A DNA stretch of 64,000 nucleotides from Candidatus Moraniibacteriota bacterium (GCA_023261645.1 JAHFOO010000005.1:1565-65564); one strand, 5' to 3'; shown: positions 9,277 to 19,154, numbered from the stretch's first letter. Numbers and translations are program-made. Notes: a model not told the origin generated them from the sequence alone.

Positions 9277-10101
9277 TTAGAGCGTGTTTTGTATAACAAA
9301 AACATAACGGATATGATCGAACCGTACAGGAGAGACAATGGTCGCCTGTTGAAAAAGCCGATCACCAGATAGATGGGTATCCTGCAGAGTTCCGATGAGC
9401 AACCCTTTCGGTACGTCACCGCCAAATCCCGATGTCACTACCGAATCTCCGACCTTCAGCGTATCTGTCTGAAGCACCATATCAAAAAGAAGTCCCAGAC
9501 CATATTCCCCTTTGACGATTCCGGTCGCTTCCGTATCGAGAGCTGTACCACTGATAAGACTCTCCGGATTGGAAAGGAGCATCACCCGAGATGTCAAAGG
9601 GAAAACTTCTGCTATCTTCCCGATGAGCACGCCTTTATCGACGATCACCGACATTCCCTTTTTCATTCCTGCGAATGATCCTTGGTCAATAGAAATCCAG
9701 TTCCCCAGACCGGATACATCCCGACCGATAATAGTAGCCGATTTGAGCGTAAAAGTATCTCTCGGCAATAATCCTATTTCTCTCCGGAGTTCCTCATTTT
9801 CTCTGCTCACATCAGCAAGTCGGGCATTCTCGATGAGCAAGCGCAAGCGCTCTTTTTCCAATCGCTCGTTGTCACTCTTGATTTCGCCGATAGATGTGAA
9901 AAAATGATAGGTATCACTCACTTCAAATGCTACTACCGAAAAAAGTTTTTGGAGCGGAGCTGTGACCGTCATCACGGCCGTACGCACAGGTGCGAGCATC
10001 CATACCGGACCGAACGAAAGAACAATCCACAATACACAAAAAACAATAAGCGCTCGGAAAAATTTTGTTTGAGTGAATGTTCTGCGGACAGCCATAAACA
10101 A
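9277..10101 (-). CDS. mreC: rod shape-determining protein MreC
   Basis: 274 aa with an N-terminal TM helix, a coiled coil (ERLEKERLRLLIENARL) and beta-rich C-terminal domains. The start may be the second Met, 6 nt downstream. Confidence 0.85.
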   Translation of the reverse strand: MFMAVRRTFTQTKFFRALIVFCVLWIVLSFGPVWMLAPVRTAVMTVTAPLQKLFSVVAFEVSDTYHFFTSIGEIKSDNERLEKERLRLLIENARLADVSRENEELRREIGLLPRDTFTLKSATIIGRDVSGLGNWISIDQGSFAGMKKGMSVIVDKGVLIGKIAEVFPLTSRVMLLSNPESLISGTALDTEATGIVKGEYGLGLLFDMVLQTDTLKVGDSVVTSGFGGDVPKGLLIGTLQDTHLSGDRLFQQATIVSPVRFDHIRYVFVIQNTL

Positions 10102-10115
10102 AGCAACCTATTGAA

Positions 10116-11210
10116 TTACCCAAGCGGTCTGTTGATTTCTTCTCCGATGAGGACTTCTTTCAGATGTTCCATATCATCGAGAACGATGCCGGTGCCACGC
10201 ACGACAGCCGTGAGAGGATCCTCCATCAAACGGACAGGGATACTCGTCTGATTGGCGATCAGCTTGTCCAAACCTCTGATGAGACTGCCACCACCGGCCA
10301 AGATGATACCTCGGTGCATAATATCTGCCAAAAGTTCCGGCGGAGTTTCTTCCACAATCGTTTTGATACTATTGACGATGATACGTGTCGATCGCGAAAG
10401 CGCTTCACGAATATGTTCATCCGTAGCGATGACTTCTTTGGGCAGACCGGAGACGAGGTCGCGTCCACGCAGAGGAAATGTCAGTCGTTCACGCTGAGGA
10501 TACGCGCTTCCGATGGCGATTTTCGCTTCTTCCGCCGTTCTCTCACCGATCAGGATATTGAATTCATCACGACTATATCTGACGATATCCTCATTCATCT
10601 CATCTCCTGCGATACGCAGACTCCGCGAGAGGACGACTCCCCCGAGAGAAATGACAGCGATTTCCGTCGTTCCTCCGCCGATATCGACGACCATATTGCC
10701 CGTCGCATCGATGACTGGCAAACGCGCACCGATAGCCGCCGCCATCGGTTCATCGATGAGGAATACCTGGCGCGCTCCGGCATTGAGTGTCGCTTCGATT
10801 ACGGCACGCTTCTCCACTTCGGTGACACCGGATGGGATGCCGATCAGCACCCGCGGACGACGTAAAAAAGAAAAATTATCCTTGGTCACTTTGTTAATGA
10901 AATAGCGGAGCATCTGCTGTGTCACCTCGAAATCGCTCACGACACCATCGACGAGTGGACGGGTCGCAACGATATGACCGGGAGTCTTACCGACCATTTT
11001 TTTGGCCTCACGTCCGATAGCCAAAATCTGACCTGTCCGTTGATTGACAGCCACGACAGAAGGCTCATTGATAACGATACCCTTGCCACGCACGTAGACG
11101 AGGATGTTGGCCGTGCCGAGGTCAATACCGATATCTTGAGTCAGATTCCTGAAAAACCGCTCAATGATGCCTTTTTGGAATTTCTTGAAAAAACGTTCAA
11201 ATTGGGACAT
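10116..11210 (-). CDS. mreB: rod shape-determining protein MreB (actin homologue)
   Basis: Contains the phosphate-1 motif IGIDLGTANILVYV and the rest of the actin/Hsp70 fold. The start was moved to MSQFERFF, which is more plausible than the upstream Met. Confidence 0.9.
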   Translation of the reverse strand: MSQFERFFKKFQKGIIERFFRNLTQDIGIDLGTANILVYVRGKGIVINEPSVVAVNQRTGQILAIGREAKKMVGKTPGHIVATRPLVDGVVSDFEVTQQMLRYFINKVTKDNFSFLRRPRVLIGIPSGVTEVEKRAVIEATLNAGARQVFLIDEPMAAAIGARLPVIDATGNMVVDIGGGTTEIAVISLGGVVLSRSLRIAGDEMNEDIVRYSRDEFNILIGERTAEEAKIAIGSAYPQRERLTFPLRGRDLVSGLPKEVIATDEHIREALSRSTRIIVNSIKTIVEETPPELLADIMHRGIILAGGGSLIRGLDKLIANQTSIPVRLMEDPLTAVVRGTGIVLDDMEHLKEVLIGEEINRPLG

Positions 11211-11293
11211 AGAAGAAAAAACAAACAAAAAAAACAGGACATCCCTCATTCTATCTCATTTCTTCAAAATACTCCAGGAAAGGCTGTAATTCC

Positions 11294-11701
11294 TTACTGT
11301 AATCGTCGAATCTGTTCAATCACTTTCGGAAGATAATCGACTGTTTCAATCGTGTGAATTCGTTCCAGACCTATCCATTGATAATCTTGATGTTCATTTG
11401 GGTCTAGTATCACTGTGCCTTCTCCATATGAAGCCATAAAAATAAGTCTGATAAATTGCGTATCTTTTGACACATCAACATTTGATGTATAGGAAAGAAG
11501 ATCCAGATCATCGACAATCAATCCGGTTTCTTCTTGTACTTCTCTTCGCGCACCAACCATCGGATCTTCTCCATCTTCCAATGTTCCACCAGGAGTATCC
11601 CACATACTTGGATACATACTTTCTTCAACTGATCTTTTCAGAACTAGGGCTTCTTTTTTATCATTCAAAATAAGTGTGTGGACAATCAGACCTTTTTTCA
11701 T
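11294..11701 (-). CDS. NUDIX hydrolase
   Basis: Nudix box GGTLEDGEDPMVGARREVQEETGL. Confidence 0.75.
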   Translation of the reverse strand: MKKGLIVHTLILNDKKEALVLKRSVEESMYPSMWDTPGGTLEDGEDPMVGARREVQEETGLIVDDLDLLSYTSNVDVSKDTQFIRLIFMASYGEGTVILDPNEHQDYQWIGLERIHTIETVDYLPKVIEQIRRLQ

Positions 11702-11712
11702 AGTATAAAATT

Positions 11713-12249
11713 TTATTCTATAATTTTTAGTAGATCACTTACTTCTTCGATACTTTGTAAATCAAATGGCACTACTTCAGGCATTGTAGAAACTGTATTT
11801 TCAATGAAGAGCGCATCTATTCCAATATTTTTTGCAGCAAGGTAATCATAATAGTAACTATCACCGACCATCAGGGCATCTTCCTTTTTAAGATTAAGCT
11901 CTTCCAAGATTTCCAGAATAATACTTGATTTCCCTTCTGGATCATCTCCTGCCGAAACCCTAGATGTATAAAATAGTTTTTCTATACCAAAATATTCCAA
12001 TTTTTCCTTCATCTCTTTCAAAGCCACCTCTTCTGACTCAGGATTTGCTGAAATTACCACAAGATAAATACCCTTATTACTAAATACCTCAAGTGTCTCT
12101 TGAACTTTTGGTGTAAGTTCCAAATGTTCTAAGTAGTTATCTCTTGTTATAATGTCATTATATATCCAATGCGGTTTTTGAGTTCGTTTGGTTGCCTTTG
12201 GATACCAAATGGTTCCATCTCCATCAAAAAAAATTATTTTCTTTTTCAT
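11713..12249 (-). CDS. HAD-superfamily phosphatase
   Basis: N-terminal DxDGT motif (FFDGDGTIW) and a downstream GDS..D motif (MVGDSYYYD). Confidence 0.65.
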   Translation of the reverse strand: MKKKIIFFDGDGTIWYPKATKRTQKPHWIYNDIITRDNYLEHLELTPKVQETLEVFSNKGIYLVVISANPESEEVALKEMKEKLEYFGIEKLFYTSRVSAGDDPEGKSSIILEILEELNLKKEDALMVGDSYYYDYLAAKNIGIDALFIENTVSTMPEVVPFDLQSIEEVSDLLKIIE

Positions 12250-12319
12250 ACTGTATTAAGATATCTGAGATGTCGCTTCGTATTCGATGTTCATATCGTT
12301 ACTCTCTTTTCAAGAAACT

Positions 12320-13309
12320 TCAATGTTTGAGTATTTCTATTTTGGTCTCTCCTTCATTTGCAGAAAAAGAAACTTCTCCGCCTATAGGAAAAGTAATCAT
12401 CGACTGCGTATGACCGAAATCGATATTGGCAATAACAGGAATATTATCTAATTCTCTTTTTGTTTTGATAATTTTCATAAGATTATCCTTCGAAACAGCG
12501 CTCTCTCGTTGAAATCTCCCTATCACTAATCCCTTCACACCAGCAAATCCTGGCTGATGAATGAGTGATTGTAAATCCCTCTCGAAGAGAACTGCACGAG
12601 TGTCTTCATCATCCTCGAGAAAGAGAATAGAATTATTGAGATCAGGAAAATATTCCGTACCCTGAAGCAGATTGAGTGTGCACAGATTCGCTCCGATGAG
12701 GGTACCGCGAGCAGACCCTTCATTGATAATCCAAGGCCCCTCATTTTTGATAAACTTTCGATTCTCTTGATCCTTATACCAACCATCATCGCTCCATTCT
12801 TTTGATGGCATTATTTCATATGGATTTTCTGAAAAAAGGCATTTTTTGAAATATTCTAAAGTATAATCGAAACCTTTTTTCTCTCCGAATGAAGCATATG
12901 CTGGTCCGGAATAACTTATGAGTCCCGTCTTGGCGTAGAGAGCGTTATTTAGTGCGGTAATATCAGAATAACCACAAAAAATCTTCGGATTATTTCTAAC
13001 TAATTCCCAATCGATGTATTGAAGCAACTGATTACTATTAAATCCACCGATCACAGCCAGAATAGCATTCACCTCAGGATCTTGAAAAGCATCATGAATA
13101 TCTTTCACACGTGATTCGATACTCGAAGAACGAAATTCATCTATTTCTTCAGCGTGTTTACCAAAACTCAATCGAAGTCCCAATTCTTCGAATCGCCCAT
13201 TCGCAATGCGTCTATTTTCTTCAGAAATAATAGCCAACGAGCTCGCTGGTGCGATAACACGAATGAGATCTCCTTTTTCTAATTTTTTAGGAAATATTTT
13301 TTGCATCAA
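12320..13309 (-). CDS. ldcA: LD-carboxypeptidase (peptidase S66, muramoyltetrapeptide carboxypeptidase)
   Basis: 329 aa with GYSDITAL around the catalytic Ser and an overall LdcA layout. Confidence 0.8.
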   Translation of the reverse strand: MMQKIFPKKLEKGDLIRVIAPASSLAIISEENRRIANGRFEELGLRLSFGKHAEEIDEFRSSSIESRVKDIHDAFQDPEVNAILAVIGGFNSNQLLQYIDWELVRNNPKIFCGYSDITALNNALYAKTGLISYSGPAYASFGEKKGFDYTLEYFKKCLFSENPYEIMPSKEWSDDGWYKDQENRKFIKNEGPWIINEGSARGTLIGANLCTLNLLQGTEYFPDLNNSILFLEDDEDTRAVLFERDLQSLIHQPGFAGVKGLVIGRFQRESAVSKDNLMKIIKTKRELDNIPVIANIDFGHTQSMITFPIGGEVSFSANEGETKIEILKH

Positions 13310-13330
13310 AGTCCTATTCGGTTTAAAATA

Positions 13331-13786
13331 TTACGAAGTTATTTTCTTCGCCAGATTATCTAATTTTTCATCATCTGCTCGTTTGTAATCATGAGAAGAA
13401 ATATAACCTTCATATGTATTGAAATATTTATCTACTTTTGACTCAATGGGTTTCCATTCTGCCATATGTGCCGTTCCGTGCATCGGAAAAAGCTTGGCAT
13501 GTATGTGATCAACACCAAATCCTTCAAATACCATCGCAGTCCTCCCTACATCTTCTAATTTTTCATCCAAAAGTTTCGCGACCTTTTTCGTTGCTAATAT
13601 AAGTCCGGTTATCACGTCATCAGGTAGATCAAAAATATAACTTGTATAATGCAGTTTCGGAATAACTACCGTCACTCCCTCAGTATTCGGAAAGATAGAA
13701 AGAAAAGCTAAATGACTCTCATCCTCCCAGATTTTATGCGAAGACACCTCATCTCTTACAATTCTACAGAATATACACTCTACCAT
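13331..13786 (-). CDS. HIT-family nucleotide hydrolase
   Basis: Histidine triad VDHIHAKLFPMHG plus an N-terminal Cys motif (CIFCRI). Confidence 0.75.
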   Translation of the reverse strand: MVECIFCRIVRDEVSSHKIWEDESHLAFLSIFPNTEGVTVVIPKLHYTSYIFDLPDDVITGLILATKKVAKLLDEKLEDVGRTAMVFEGFGVDHIHAKLFPMHGTAHMAEWKPIESKVDKYFNTYEGYISSHDYKRADDEKLDNLAKKITS

Positions 13787-13800
13787 AGCAAAGTATTTTC

Positions 13801-15228
13801 TTAATTATCCTGCTTTTCCTTTTTGTCTTCCACTGTGACACGAATACCAAGATCAACGAGCTGTTTGGTGAATCCCGAAGATGGAGCATTCGTCATCAAA
13901 TCACGGCCTTCACCTGTCTTCGGGAAAGCGATGACTTCACGGATGTTCGGCTCATTCTGGAGGAGCATCACGATACGATCGATGCCAGGAGCGAACCCTC
14001 CGTGAGGAGGAGCCCCAAATGTGAAAGCTTCCAACATATGGCCAAATTTCTCTTTCTGTTCTTCTTCAGAAATGTTGAGCAATTTGAAAACTTGTTTCTG
14101 TATCTCCCGCTTGTGGATACGGATACTGCCCGAACTGAGTTCATAGCCATTCAGTACGAGATCATACGAATTTGCTCGGATGTTGAACAAATCTTCTCCC
14201 TGCATAAATTTTTCGACATCTTCTTCCTTGATAGAACAAAATGGATGGTGAGCAGCCTGAATAGAACCATCGTCCATCTTCTCAAACATCGGGAAATCCA
14301 CTATCCACGCAAAAGCCAATTCATTCGGATCGTTTTTATCTCTCCGCATATCCGGTTTATCATTGCCATATTTCTCCATCGATTCTTTGTACGTGATACG
14401 TGGGAATGGTGTTTGTGAAATATGTTTATCGGGAAAAAGTTTCTGCACCATCTCAAGAAACATCTTTTCAGTGAACTGCAGGATATCTTCCTGTGTCACA
14501 AAAGACATCTCATAATCGAGCTGTGTGAATTCCGGCTGACGGTCGCCTCGCAAATCTTCATCACGCATACAACGAGCTATCTGAAAATATTTTTCGAATC
14601 CTGCCACCATACACAATTGTTTGTACTGTTGTGGTGATTGTGGCAATGCGTAAAACTTCCCTTTTTCCAAGCGAGATGGCACGAGATATTCTCGCGATCC
14701 CTCCGGCGTACCTTTCATCAACATCGGTGTTTCGATTTCTACGAAATTTTCACGATGCATATACTCTCGAAAGAAAGTGATCACTTTGTCTCGCATCCGG
14801 ATATTCTTTTGCATCCGCGGACGGCGCAAATCGAGATAACGGTATTTGAGACGGAGTTCTTCCCCGATTTCCTTGCCATCGGAAGAAATATCAAATGGTG
14901 GGGTTTCCGCTTCATTGAGTACAGCGATAGACAGCACTTCTATTTCGATAGCGCCATTCTCTTGTTCGCTATTTACGAGTTTCTCAGGACGAGGATTGAC
15001 ATTACCGATAATTTCAACCACCCATTCCGAACGGAGGGTCTGTGCAACCGCTATTGCCTCTGGATGATTCGGGAGCACGACCATCTGCACTTTGCCACTC
15101 ATATCACGCAAATCGAGGAAGATGAGTTTTCCATGATCACGTCTGACATCTATCCAACCGGCCAGTTTCATCTCTTTTCCGAGGTGTTTCGATGTTTCCG
15201 AAATGAGAATACGCTTCAATGCTTCCAT
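13801..15228 (-). CDS. aspS: aspartyl-tRNA synthetase, bacterial type but without the GAD insertion domain
   Basis: 475 aa. Motif 2 FQIARCMRDEDLRGDRQPEFTQLDYEMSF is bacterial-type. The segment between ...YGNDKPDMRRDKNDPNELAFAWIVDFPMFE... is contiguous, so the roughly 130-aa GAD domain is absent. Confidence 0.9.
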   Translation of the reverse strand: MEALKRILISETSKHLGKEMKLAGWIDVRRDHGKLIFLDLRDMSGKVQMVVLPNHPEAIAVAQTLRSEWVVEIIGNVNPRPEKLVNSEQENGAIEIEVLSIAVLNEAETPPFDISSDGKEIGEELRLKYRYLDLRRPRMQKNIRMRDKVITFFREYMHRENFVEIETPMLMKGTPEGSREYLVPSRLEKGKFYALPQSPQQYKQLCMVAGFEKYFQIARCMRDEDLRGDRQPEFTQLDYEMSFVTQEDILQFTEKMFLEMVQKLFPDKHISQTPFPRITYKESMEKYGNDKPDMRRDKNDPNELAFAWIVDFPMFEKMDDGSIQAAHHPFCSIKEEDVEKFMQGEDLFNIRANSYDLVLNGYELSSGSIRIHKREIQKQVFKLLNISEEEQKEKFGHMLEAFTFGAPPHGGFAPGIDRIVMLLQNEPNIREVIAFPKTGEGRDLMTNAPSSGFTKQLVDLGIRVTVEDKKEKQDN

Positions 15229-15482
15229 AGATGTTATGACAATGGCTTATATGAATGGTTTCATCATAGCAAAAAGGAGTGTCTGAAACAAGTCTCGAAA
15301 AATATCAACTCGCTTCTTATTCGATAATGGCCTGGAGTTTCTTTGATGCCGAGACGAATATGAAGATGCTCGTGAAAAGCGGTTTCACGATATTGAAGAC
15401 GGCCAACGAGAAAGACTTTGGCAGCGCCGAAAGCCACCTCTGGGTTCTCGCTCGGAAAGATTGAACTTTGAAAGAAGCATTG

Positions 15483-16079
15483 CTACGTCCTTGCTTCTTT
15501 TTTCTTTGTAAGAACCTGCCATTTTTTGATGAGTCTTGCTACCCCTTCATGATGGACTACCTGGATCATTGCCACTGCCTCTTCTGGTGTTGCCCAGCGC
15601 ATTTCCTTACACTTCTCCGGTTCCATTATTTTCGGTTCTTGTCCATCTGGCAGAAAGGCAAGAAAACAAAGATTGTAAATACTTTTCCGATAACCGAAGA
15701 TTTCAGGCGGATAGTCAAAACGATAGATATCCAAAGGAACAGAACTTACCAGTTGAGTACCTACAATACCTGTTTCTTCTTCGAGCTCTTTAAGAGCTAC
15801 ACTCTCTAAATCAGGATTGCCATCAGCATGACCACCAGGCTGAGTCCACTTGCCTATCTTTGTGTGCCACAAAAAAAGCGCCTCCTTGAAATCTCGTGTG
15901 ATAAGTAAGACCGAGGCAGCAATATGCTTGGCATCATCCATAGGTTTTCGTTCGAAACAGTCTTGATTCTCTAAAACATACTGCATAAATTCTGAAACAA
16001 CTTCTTTCTCATCAGAAAGAACTGTTTGCTCATATCTTTTCAGAAGTTGCAACAAAGACTGTCTATGAATAGACATAGA
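15483..16079 (-). CDS. NUDIX hydrolase (second copy)
   Basis: Nudix box GGHADGNPDLESVALKELEEETGI. The start was set at the internal Met (MSIHRQ) to avoid overlap with the response-regulator gene. Confidence 0.7.
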   Translation of the reverse strand, partial: SMSIHRQSLLQLLKRYEQTVLSDEKEVVSEFMQYVLENQDCFERKPMDDAKHIAASVLLITRDFKEALFLWHTKIGKWTQPGGHADGNPDLESVALKELEEETGIVGTQLVSSVPLDIYRFDYPPEIFGYRKSIYNLCFLAFLPDGQEPKIMEPEKCKEMRWATPEEAVAMIQVVHHEGVARLIKKWQVLTKKKEART

Positions 16080-16098
16080 GTTTTTATCATCAAATGTC

Positions 16099-16911
16099 TT
16101 ACACCTCCTGACTTTTAAAGAAATCATTGACAGCGTAGGTGAGCTCACTGGGAGTGATCTGTGTTTTGAGAAAGACTCTTTCTGCGATCTTGGAATCGAT
16201 GAGAGCTTGCACATCCCTATCATCGAGGGATGCGGAGAAAAGGAATATCGGCGTATTGTTTTCCGATTCTGCCTCTTTGAGTTTCATCACCAGTTCTCGT
16301 CCATCCATTCCCGGCATCATCACATCAGATATGACAAGATCGAACGTACCGTCCAGAGCTGCATGAAGTCCGGACACTCCATCATGACAAGCTGTTACCT
16401 CGTATCCTTCATCTCTCAGTCGTTTGCCGAACATATCGATGAATATCGCTTCGTCTTCGATGAACAGGATTCGTTTGCCATTTTTTATCTGATCTTCCGG
16501 CGCTTTTTCCTGACGAAGAGAGTTCTTTCCTTGTTCACTGAACTGATTGATGAAACGGTTCACTTCTCCCACAACTTCCGAAGGAGAAAATTCTGTTTTG
16601 GAAATGAAACCATTGGCACCAAGCTTCAGGCATTCTTCACGGTCTTCTTCGGAACTCAGATTGCTGAACACGACGATTTTTATCTCTGGATCATAAGCCG
16701 AGTTGGTACGCAGTTCACGGAGCACTTCCGTACCGCTCAGCTCCGGAATAACCAAATCGAGTAAGATCAAATCAAATTTCTGTTCAAGAGCTTCTTTCAG
16801 TACTGCTCTCCCCGTAGTCACGTTCAATACATCAAAGCCGGAGCTTTCAAACTTCTTTTTATAAATTTCCGCAATAAACGGATCATCTTCAACAAAAAGC
16901 ACTTTCGGCAT
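16099..16911 (-). CDS. response regulator with two tandem receiver (REC) domains and no output domain
   Basis: The first REC carries VLFVEDDPFIAE...DLILLDLVIPELSG. The second REC carries ILFIEDEAIFID...DLVISDVMMPGMDG. No DNA-binding or enzymatic output is present. Confidence 0.8.
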   Translation of the reverse strand: MPKVLFVEDDPFIAEIYKKKFESSGFDVLNVTTGRAVLKEALEQKFDLILLDLVIPELSGTEVLRELRTNSAYDPEIKIVVFSNLSSEEDREECLKLGANGFISKTEFSPSEVVGEVNRFINQFSEQGKNSLRQEKAPEDQIKNGKRILFIEDEAIFIDMFGKRLRDEGYEVTACHDGVSGLHAALDGTFDLVISDVMMPGMDGRELVMKLKEAESENNTPIFLFSASLDDRDVQALIDSKIAERVFLKTQITPSELTYAVNDFFKSQEV

Positions 16912-17073
16912 ATTTTTTTAGTGACTATTCAATATCTTCTCTAAAACAAGGCGGTGAGATGTTGAATAGTTACTTATTACATATCTATTAAGTATCTTAC
17001 TCTAAAAGAGCCGAAAAAACAAATCTGCCAGGAATAGTAGAGAATATTTCGGGCAGGAATTTTGTCATGAGAG

Positions 17074-17169
17074 CTAAGCTTTTTCGACAGAAGTCGGTTG
17101 ATCGGACGTACCGGTGTGGATTTTTGGATTGATGAGTGGGAGTTCGATGATGAAACGGGAGCCTTTGTC
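17074..17169 (-). pseudogene. displaced 3'-end fragment A of the sensor histidine kinase gene
   Basis: It is about 88 percent identical to 20938-21038. Read in the kinase frame it encodes DKGSRFIIELPLINPKIHTGTSDQPTSVEKA-stop, against the genuine DKGSRFIIELPIINPKIHIGTSDQPTTAERV-stop. The changes are conservative and the stop codon is retained at the same position. Confidence 0.7.
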
Positions 17170-17195
17170 AATTATAAGAAGAATTCTCCCTATCC

Positions 17196-18026
17196 TTAAT
17201 TCAATGTTTTCTTTTTTTGCGAAATCTTCAAATAATTTTTTCTTGAAACAATCCTACTCCCTGATTCAAGTTCAAGTTTTTTCCTGGCATCACCAGCTAT
17301 TTTTCCACCTTTTCTTGCTGCGACTTTATTCTCTACAAATCCTTTTGCATCCTTGCTTCTCGCTATCTTTGTAGTCGAAGCCTCTCCAAGCATAGAAAAG
17401 ATCAACTCCAAATCATCCATATGATCCCGCAGATTTTCTCGTTTGAGTCCTTTGAATTTCTTATACTGGCTTGGTGTCATTCCAAAAGCAGCCTTGGATA
17501 TCTCAGCAGTCAGAATTGCAAATTCTCTATCTTCCTTCACTCCACGATTTTTCCATTCATCCGTCAATTCCTCTCTGATAGCAATTCCTCTCATCCTCTT
17601 CTCAATCCACCCATCAGAGTACCCCTTCAACTTGTAAAGCGTTCGTGTTCTTTTTGTTGCTAGCTCCGGATCTTCAATTTCTTGAATTCTTTCATAACCT
17701 ACTTTAGCAAGCCACCGCTTGAATGGTTCGGCTTTGGGACTCGGAATAGATTGAATGATACGAAAAATACCTTCGGTATCAGCACAGTCTGTCTCATATT
17801 TCTTCCCGTCAGCTGATTCCAATTTCAGTTGTCGACAAATTGTCGATAACTCAATTCCATCATCATTTTTCACTCTAACTTTCATTCTATACCAATAATC
17901 CCGAGCATCAGCGCTATCAGTCAATATTCTAACTACATCCACAACCGAAAACCACCACTCTTTCTCATGAATGATTCTCCGTACTTCTTTCCCTTTAAAT
18001 ATTGCTATGTGTGGCGTTGTTTCCAT
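17196..18026 (-). CDS. Bro-N / DinD-like (DNA-damage-inducible protein D, antirepressor-like) protein
   Basis: Start at METTPHIAIFKGKEVRRIIHEKEWWFSVVDVVRILT. This is the Bro-N signature F..G..VR....E.WF...DV..IL. The C-terminal region is DinD-like. Confidence 0.6.
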   Translation of the reverse strand: METTPHIAIFKGKEVRRIIHEKEWWFSVVDVVRILTDSADARDYWYRMKVRVKNDDGIELSTICRQLKLESADGKKYETDCADTEGIFRIIQSIPSPKAEPFKRWLAKVGYERIQEIEDPELATKRTRTLYKLKGYSDGWIEKRMRGIAIREELTDEWKNRGVKEDREFAILTAEISKAAFGMTPSQYKKFKGLKRENLRDHMDDLELIFSMLGEASTTKIARSKDAKGFVENKVAARKGGKIAGDARKKLELESGSRIVSRKNYLKISQKKKTLN

Positions 18027-18182
18027 GGTGTATTTGTGTTTATATAACTTACATATAAAATTATACAACAAATAAAAGGAAGTCGTCAACAATTTCCTAT
18101 CCTCCCATTTGGAAGGAAAAGTGTCCACGATGTATCTCGTCTTATTCACTCGTCAACAAGGCTAAGGAAAATTCGATTCTGA

Positions 18183-18345
18183 CTACCTCTTCTCCGAATG
18201 GGAAGGTTCATCAGAAGTGCCGATGTGGATTTTTGTGTTTTTAAGTGGAAGTTCGATGATGAATCTCGAACCTTTGTCAGGACCATCACCCTCCATAGGC
18301 GGGCAGGGATTCTTAGCCCAGATTTTGCTATTATGCACTTCGATG
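18183..18345 (-). pseudogene. displaced 3'-end fragment B of the sensor histidine kinase gene
   Basis: Homologous to 20938-21085. In the kinase frame it reads FIEVHNSKIWAKNPCPPMEGDGPDKGSRFIIELPLKNTKIHIGTSDEPSHSEKR-stop, against the genuine FIEAHNGKIWAESDGPDKGSRFIIELPIINPKIHIGTSDQPTTAERV-stop. The frame and stop are preserved. There is a 19-bp identical core GTGCCGATGTGGATTTTTG. Confidence 0.7.
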
Positions 18346-18361
18346 AATAAAGACAAATTTT

Positions 18362-19096
18362 TTATTTCTTTACGAGAGATTCTGCAGTTCTCACGAGATC
18401 ATCTATGAATACTTCACGATTAGTTGCATTCACTAATTGATACTTGCTCCGAAGTTTACGCAGCGACTTTTCATGTATTGGATAATCCATAGGAACAGCT
18501 CCGAATATTCGACGCCAACACGGAGTCGTCTGAACCACTGAATTGAAAAGTTCGGTCACATGCCAACAGAGAAACTGGTTGGATTGCTTTTTGAGTTCGG
18601 GCCGGGTCCGGAACAGATGATGATAGCAGATAAAATGAAGCATTTCATGAGCAATTACGACAGGAATGAGTTTTTTCCGTCGAAAGCGAACAGGAATCTG
18701 AAAAGTCTTGTCATCCAGATAGCGTGGAAACATGCCCCACACTGTCGGATAGGCGATATATTTCCCCTTCGGCCAAAGAAATGTTTCAAAAATTTCATCC
18801 GTTAGCTGAAAAAAAGTCGAAGCTAATTTCTGCCACACATATTTAGCAATACGCATGTCATACTCGATTGACTGACTGTTTTCTTTATATAAATGTCGAA
18901 TCTGTTGCTGTACAATCAAGGGAATAGATTGTCCTACCTTCCAATCACTAAGAGTAGTACGCAATTGTGGCATAACCGAAAAAACCGCTTCCTCAAGAGC
19001 TGAACCACCATCGAAACGCGCGTCACAAAGAAACCCGCTCACAGCGACAATGTCCTTCCTATAACTCCTCGAAAAACGTACACTCGGATGTTTCAT
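18362..19096 (-). CDS. HExxH-motif protein, putative zinc metallopeptidase (candidate leader peptidase)
   Basis: Contains VIAHEMLHFICYHH (HExxHxxCxxH). No other recognisable family signature is visible by eye. The start may be upstream at 19174, overlapping the radical SAM gene by about 20 nt. Confidence 0.45.
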   Translation of the reverse strand: MKHPSVRFSRSYRKDIVAVSGFLCDARFDGGSALEEAVFSVMPQLRTTLSDWKVGQSIPLIVQQQIRHLYKENSQSIEYDMRIAKYVWQKLASTFFQLTDEIFETFLWPKGKYIAYPTVWGMFPRYLDDKTFQIPVRFRRKKLIPVVIAHEMLHFICYHHLFRTRPELKKQSNQFLCWHVTELFNSVVQTTPCWRRIFGAVPMDYPIHEKSLRKLRSKYQLVNATNREVFIDDLVRTAESLVKK

Positions 19097-19154
19097 AAAA
19101 AAATGTGGCGAAGAGAATTCTCTCTTCGCCACTAGTATACAAGAAACCTCGTAT

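Noticed and set aside
16977-17171. 64-aa ORF sharing TKAPVSSSN..SSIQKST..RPINRLL with ORF 20868-21113, suggesting a conserved small protein
   Set aside because: The similarity is a by-product of the repeated histidine-kinase 3' end read in an alternative frame. In the kinase frame both loci encode the genuine C-terminus.
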